Part shown: positions 58,456 through 64,000 of the stretch, piece by piece
Layout: each line of letters begins with the position of its first letter
Position numbering within the stretch: position 1 is the first letter of the stretch
Assembly (NCBI GenBank): GCA_947453155.1
Contig: CANGFE010000004.1
Location: 7,101 to 71,100, forward strand
DNA: 64,000 bases
DNA from: Beijerinckiaceae bacterium
GTDB lineage: Bacteria > Pseudomonadota > Alphaproteobacteria > Rhizobiales > Beijerinckiaceae
Reading direction: 5' to 3'
The notes under the pieces: generated by a model
The model's database searches: none
What the model was told of the DNA's origin: nothing
What the model saw: the letters and a program-made list of their open reading frames with translations, nothing else
Program-made: the position numbers and the translations under genes

Positions 58456-61400
58456 TCATCCGGTGAATTGGAACCGCGCCGCCAGATCAATATCGTGAAC
58501 ACCTTGCAAGGTAATAGTGTCGCTTGCCCCTACATTAATGACAGTGTCGTTGCCTGAGGAGATAAAGGATACATCTCTAGACTGGATGCCAGCACCAAAA
58601 CGGATTGCATCAAGTGAAGCCTCATAGATATTTGTGGCATCAAAATCAGTAATGATGTCAGAACCTGAGCCCATATTAAACACAAAAACGTCAGCCCCTG
58701 GCCCACCAATCAAGGTATCATTACCGGCCATGCCATTTAAAATGTCATTGCCTCCACCTCCATCAAGCACGTTTGAGTTGGCATCACCGACCAAGTAATC
58801 ATAGTAGGTTGAGCCGCGCACAGATTTGACACCCGTAAAAGTATCCGTCCCAACAGATGAATCACCAACCGCTGTTCCACGGGTCAAGTCAACATCTACA
58901 CCTGCTGTTGACCATGTATAAGAAATGCGCGTGTTGCCATTGCCAGTGATTGTGTCGTTCCCACTAAACCCCTCAAAGTCATTCATTGTCCCGAGCGGAT
59001 TTGCGTTTAGGCTCGTCTTTCCGAAACCAATGGCATTGTAATTATCGTCAAGGATAGAGCCGATGATTGCGCGGATACCACGCAATGTATCTGTCCCTGT
59101 ATAATCTGCATCACCCTGAACGATACCATCCGCCATATTGATGGTGAGACCTTGTGAAATGGCACCATCAACAAAGTAGGCTGCGTAATCGAACCCGCCG
59201 CCACCCTCAATCAAATCATTGCCAGCCATGCCCATAAAAAGTTCACTGCTTGGACTTGGATTATCGGAACCCACAAAATGGTCCGCATATTGGCTACCCA
59301 TGAAATGATTCACATTCGTGAACTGAGCGATGTTTTTAAGCTGCGACGGATCAACATTCAGGGCCCAACCAGCTTTTACGTAACCACTTGGGAAGCCACT
59401 TGATCGATCAACAATGACTTCGATACCAAAACCCGGGGCATCAGCCTTCTTGCCTACGGAGTCGCAAGCAATCATTGTATTTCCATTGCCGTAGACAATA
59501 TCGACGCTTGGAGAGGCAGCACCCGGTTGCCAGAGATCCCCTTGCTTGAACCAGAAGATGTTGGGACAAGGAAAATACGGATCAATATAATTACGCGCAT
59601 CATAAGTATCGCTATGGTCGCTTCCGTAAATACCTTCAATTCCGAAAATTTTATCGACCTCTGAAGTTCCATTTATGGAAACGGTGCCTGCAACCAAATT
59701 GACACTTATTCCTGTGGTCTTATCTCCATAAGAAGCTGTGTCAATACCAATTGAAGAACTCAAAACAGGACTATAAATATCACCTGATGATGGACCCGGA
59801 GCAGACGTGTAGCTAGAAGATCCCATTGCTGTTTTGGTGAAGCTGGCTACGTCATTTCCAAATCGATCTTGGAGAACCCCCGAGACCTTATTTGCATCAC
59901 TCAGATAATTGACCGCCACTGTTCCAGATAGCTTGCTCTCGAAAGTCAACACAACCGCGGGCCCGACAACCTGCACCTGCGTAATTCTCATTACATCAGC
60001 GCCACTATTTTTCGTGACTGTGAAAAGTGCTGGATCAATATTACGATCATCTAGAGCTTCATTAAACGTCAAGATAAGCTGCGTGCTGTCACTCGAAACA
60101 AAGGCATCATTACCTGTTGTAGCCAGTATCGGCGCAACTGTATCAATATAGCCACCCTTCGGGGTCAGCTTAAATGAAAATGACGCGATATCATTACCCT
60201 TCAAATCCTCAAGTCCGCCGGCAAGCGCACTAGAATTTGCGGTTGGTGCTGTATATCGAAGGAATGTATTTTCCCCCGCTCCTACCGCATAGGCCGAAGC
60301 ACCTTTGTAAATAGTCACAATGACTGTGGATCCATAAACTTCAATATTTCCAATCGACAGACCACTAGCTTGGGATGTTGTTGAAACCGCAAAGCACGAC
60401 TTCAGAGTGGAAAGATAGGAAGCAGTAGACTGAATGCTCTCATTGAATGTCAAAATGATTTTTGAACGATCCCCTGACAAGGCAGGCGCATCACCGCCTG
60501 AGATGTAATCTGAACCACCTCCACCGGTAAACGATTCAGAAAAGACAACTGGGTTCCCACCCGTCAGGAAGTCCGCTTGAGCACTACCAGACACGCCTTC
60601 AATGTTATAGAAAGTGTCGTAGCCGGATGTCCCCGTTGTCTGTCGTGAATAGCCACGATAACCATCCTCCCATTTGAAGCTATCGAAAAGGTTTACGTAT
60701 ACGCCGGCGTTTTCGTTCCAATAATTGACGCGATCCTGATCATCAAATCCGGACGCAGACGTTCGATCAAATAATTCATACCCATTCGTACGATCTGAAT
60801 CACCCCCATAGAAAGTATCGTTACCAATACCGCCCAGAAAATAATCTGAACCACCGGCACCACCAGTAAAACGGTTCGAATCTAGGCCTGATAAATTACT
60901 GGCAACCGTAGTCGCTGAATATTGGGCAGAGATGATATCGCAATACAAGGTACCATCGATGTCTTTGATATTGGTAAACTGATCGGCACCGACAGTTGCA
61001 GCATCAGCAGAGTCAGTTGCCGTCCCATATGAAGTGCCGGATCCGCTACCTGAAAAGGATACATTAACTCCTGAATCGGCATTCAGGAACCAAAGGCGTG
61101 TGTAGATTGTGTTGGAAGTGGTGGAAGAATAATAATAGGCGCCATTCAAAACGTCGTTGCCGCCGCCGCCGCCAAGATACAGAACGGACGTGTTTCCTGT
61201 GCTGCCAAATTTATAAACTGTAGATGTACCAGGAACCAGATTGCTCAGATCAATGTCTATTCTATCGTCGAAGTCAGTACCGGTGAAATTTTCAAGGTTC
61301 AAAAGCCAATCGCTTCCTACTTCATCAGACCGGCTATTAATCAAACCGACAAGCATCATGGAAGTAGAGCTTGCTGAATTTGTATACGACTGCGAAAACC

Positions 61401-64000
61401 AACTTTGAAAAGAAGATGGAAGGTTTTCATAGACAAATTTTTGAGTCATGGCTTTGACTGTGATGTCGATGCCATGGGTCGTTGATGAACCTGTATTATA
61501 AGTAACAGAATCGGTGCCGCCTTTACCGTCAATATAATCGCTTCCACCGCGACCATCGAAAGCTTGCGATCCGCTGGAATTATCATAACCGATTAGAACG
61601 TCGGCGTAGTTTCCGCCCTTGATTCCGGATATGCCACCCAAAATAACGTCAGTTCCCTGGAGAGCATCATTATTTGGATCAAATGTAACACTACCAGACC
61701 CGTCTTGATTCAAGACAACATAGACGGGCGCCGCAGCATCGGTGTAATTTAGTCGTGTCTTGCCGCTGCCATAAATAATGTCATTGCCAGCACCGCCTTC
61801 AAATTCATCAAGGCCCTGCCCTTGTGATCGCGCATTCACACTTGATGAACCAAACCCTCGTGCATCATAAATATCGTCATACGAAGAGCCTGCAACAGAC
61901 TCAATGCCCCGAAATGTATCTGTTCCGAAATTGACTGGATCGCCCGTAGCTATCCCTGCAGCCATTTGGATATAAGCCCCGAAATAGCCATCGAGCTTGC
62001 CGCTGAAAGGGTTTCCGGACAGCGCACTGGCCATCTGCAAGAGATTAACCTGCGCGGCTGTGAGCTTGATACCAAGAGATTCCAAACCTGCAGATTTGAA
62101 ACTTAATACATCCCAGCCACCACGACCGTTGATAAAATCATTGCCACCTGCGCCTTGGAAGGTTTCACCGGCTCCTTGATCAAATTGCTCCTGTCCACCC
62201 AGAAGAATATCAGCAAAATTCGACCCTTTGACCGAACTCAGTCCAGAGAAAGTATCGATACCGATACCTTCACCGCCATAGATTTTCCCAGTGGTTGAGT
62301 TTACATCTCGGTTTGTGAGATCAACCGTCAAGCCTCGCGGTGCGTCAAAATAATCCACGGTCGTTGAACCATTGCCGATAATAGTGTCATCACCATTACC
62401 GGGGCGGAAATAATTGTTTGCACCTGTCGAGCCGGCATTAACGCTGCTGGAACCAAATCCACTTGCGTCATAAGTATCTGCAAATTGTGAACCCTGAATT
62501 TCTTCGACACTTCTGAGAGTATCACTTCCAATGCCTGCACCTGATACGGTGCCAGCAGCAAGATTGATTAAAACCCCACCTGTCGCATCGGTATAAACCG
62601 CTCGGTCCTTGCCGGATCCACCATTAATGACATCATCACCGGGACCACCTTGATATCTCTCAAGCGTGGTTTGGTAAATCAAAGTACCACCGGTAAATAT
62701 GTCATCAAAACGTGAACCAATCACGCCTTCAATATGCGTCAGCTTATCCTGTTCATCACTGACCCGTGTACCATTTGCAGCTGGCTTTGCGATGTACTGC
62801 CACTGATTATCTTTACTAAAATCAATATTCACTGCGAAAGTTGAATCTGCATAGCTAACGTTATCAATATCACCGGCTGAGCCGGATATATATTTACTGT
62901 ACCACGTTCCGCCGTCCATGACGTCATTGCCCGGACCGCCGATGAACATATCTTTGCCTGTACCTCCATAGAGAATGTCGTCACCAACACCACCATAGAG
63001 GACATCCGAACCAGCAAGCCCAGTGATTGTGTCGTTGCCCCCCTGCCCGTCAATCACATCATTACCGGTCGTTCCCGAAATTGTATCACTGCTTGCTGCG
63101 CCATCCACGTCTCGCACATTGGCAAGTTGTGCCTGAATAGTGGCAGAGAGATTACCGATAAAGCGCGTAATCGATGGACCGATTTGATCCATAGAGGCAA
63201 TTTTCAGGTCTGCGATAAGTGAATTTACGGTCAACGAAATAGAGGCCAGTGATGCACCAAGTTCAGCGCCACCCTGCTGGAGTCCATCAATCGACTGATT
63301 AATGCTAACCAATGCATCTGAAAGTTGAGACTTAATCGTTGTATTCATGTTGATGCCAAGCATGGCGCTAGACTGGTTCAACACGGCGTCGATTGTTGAC
63401 TTCGAAGTTAAAGCAAAATTCGAACCGAAATTTTTAACCATGGATACGGCCACAGCATAACCTGCAACTGCACCATCAAGGCTTGCACCAAATTTTACGA
63501 ACTCTGTGGCCAGCACATTGATCGTGGACTGGATTTCAATCGCTGATTTAAAAACTGCCTTTGCGGTATCCGCTTCCGACGCATTCCCAGAAAGGAGACG
63601 ACTCACGGGATCATAATTCAGAAGATCCAGACCCGCTGTCAATTTGAGAGCCGTTACGACTTGCGCATTGCATGTCGAAACACTTTCCGATGGATTAAGA
63701 CCTTTAATCGCAGCCACAAGTGTTGTGAGAGGGGTGAGAACCGAAGCGCCAAGCGGGGCAACAAGCAAAGACGGGAATTCTTGCCCCGTTGAAATATCTG
63801 TGCCTCCCTTGAGAACAATATTTCCTGAAGAGCTCGAGAAAATGAATTCTCCAAGTGTGTCAGTTTTCGTCCATTTTTCATCAGGGCCGAGCTTTAGATC
63901 ACCATTCTTGTCAGCAAAAACTATTGCTCCGGCTACATAGCCGTCAACCCCCGCCCCCTCAATCGCATTATTAAAGCTTATAAAGATGGATTGCCCGAAC
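58456..64000 (-). CDS. Large RTX/calcium-binding T1SS substrate (5'-truncated by window edge)
   Basis: Many GGxGxDx repeats; C-terminal GADVFVF..GSDIITDF export region; frame stays open from 63768 to the edge (DGYVAGAIVFADKNGD...GGTDISTG). Confidence 0.92.
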   Translation of the reverse strand, partial: FGQSIFISFNNAIEGAGVDGYVAGAIVFADKNGDLKLGPDEKWTKTDTLGEFIFSSSSGNIVLKGGTDISTGQEFPSLLVAPLGASVLTPLTTLVAAIKGLNPSESVSTCNAQVVTALKLTAGLDLLNYDPVSRLLSGNASEADTAKAVFKSAIEIQSTINVLATEFVKFGASLDGAVAGYAVAVSMVKNFGSNFALTSKSTIDAVLNQSSAMLGINMNTTIKSQLSDALVSINQSIDGLQQGGAELGASLASISLTVNSLIADLKIASMDQIGPSITRFIGNLSATIQAQLANVRDVDGAASSDTISGTTGNDVIDGQGGNDTITGLAGSDVLYGGVGDDILYGGTGKDMFIGGPGNDVMDGGTWYSKYISGSAGDIDNVSYADSTFAVNIDFSKDNQWQYIAKPAANGTRVSDEQDKLTHIEGVIGSRFDDIFTGGTLIYQTTLERYQGGPGDDVINGGSGKDRAVYTDATGGVLINLAAGTVSGAGIGSDTLRSVEEIQGSQFADTYDASGFGSSSVNAGSTGANNYFRPGNGDDTIIGNGSTTVDYFDAPRGLTVDLTNRDVNSTTGKIYGGEGIGIDTFSGLSSVKGSNFADILLGGQEQFDQGAGETFQGAGGNDFINGRGGWDVLSFKSAGLESLGIKLTAAQVNLLQMASALSGNPFSGKLDGYFGAYIQMAAGIATGDPVNFGTDTFRGIESVAGSSYDDIYDARGFGSSSVNARSQGQGLDEFEGGAGNDIIYGSGKTRLNYTDAAAPVYVVLNQDGSGSVTFDPNNDALQGTDVILGGISGIKGGNYADVLIGYDNSSGSQAFDGRGGSDYIDGKGGTDSVTYNTGSSTTHGIDITVKAMTQKFVYENLPSSFQSWFSQSYTNSASSTSMMLVGLINSRSDEVGSDWLLNLENFTGTDFDDRIDIDLSNLVPGTSTVYKFGSTGNTSVLYLGGGGGNDVLNGAYYYSSTTSNTIYTRLWFLNADSGVNVSFSGSGSGTSYGTATDSADAATVGADQFTNIKDIDGTLYCDIISAQYSATTVASNLSGLDSNRFTGGAGGSDYFLGGIGNDTFYGGDSDRTNGYELFDRTSASGFDDQDRVNYWNENAGVYVNLFDSFKWEDGYRGYSRQTTGTSGYDTFYNIEGVSGSAQADFLTGGNPVVFSESFTGGGGSDYISGGDAPALSGDRSKIILTFNESIQSTASYLSTLKSCFAVSTTSQASGLSIGNIEVYGSTVIVTIYKGASAYAVGAGENTFLRYTAPTANSSALAGGLEDLKGNDIASFSFKLTPKGGYIDTVAPILATTGNDAFVSSDSTQLILTFNEALDDRNIDPALFTVTKNSGADVMRITQVQVVGPAVVLTFESKLSGTVAVNYLSDANKVSGVLQDRFGNDVASFTKTAMGSSSYTSAPGPSSGDIYSPVLSSSIGIDTASYGDKTTGISVNLVAGTVSINGTSEVDKIFGIEGIYGSDHSDTYDARNYIDPYFPCPNIFWFKQGDLWQPGAASPSVDIVYGNGNTMIACDSVGKKADAPGFGIEVIVDRSSGFPSGYVKAGWALNVDPSQLKNIAQFTNVNHFMGSQYADHFVGSDNPSPSSELFMGMAGNDLIEGGGGFDYAAYFVDGAISQGLTINMADGIVQGDADYTGTDTLRGIRAIIGSILDDNYNAIGFGKTSLNANPLGTMNDFEGFSGNDTITGNGNTRISYTWSTAGVDVDLTRGTAVGDSSVGTDTFTGVKSVRGSTYYDYLVGDANSNVLDGGGGNDILNGMAGNDTLIGGPGADVFVFNMGSGSDIITDFDATNIYEASLDAIRFGAGIQSRDVSFISSGNDTVINVGASDTITLQGVHDIDLAARFQFTG

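Overview
Chromosomal segment of an alphaproteobacterium (Hyphomicrobiales-like gene content and synteny). Bases 1 to ~44 kb are GC-rich core and semi-core genes: accC-aat, DUF2155/NDUFA12, class II RNR nrdJ with NrdR boxes and a long structured leader, two orphan Flp pilins behind a CtrA box, aapJQMP/metC, soxCD-like genes with a diheme cytochrome, opgD/G, a Gld-like ABC exporter, a heme-c beta-propeller protein, a crescentin homologue followed by a sigma54-preceded mosaic ~807-aa protein, a DriD-like WYL regulator with a candidate operator, and a hydantoinase/oxoprolinase catabolic cluster. A degenerate tRNA-Arg-like 3' end at ~44.06 kb marks a probable island boundary. Beyond it lie a LysR-controlled Rieske + amidohydrolase-fold + ABC + enolase-superfamily catabolic module and an AT-richer type I secretion locus whose RTX protein runs off the right edge. 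No intact tRNA/rRNA, CRISPR array, transposase or integrase was seen. All family calls come from motif recognition by eye, not database searches.
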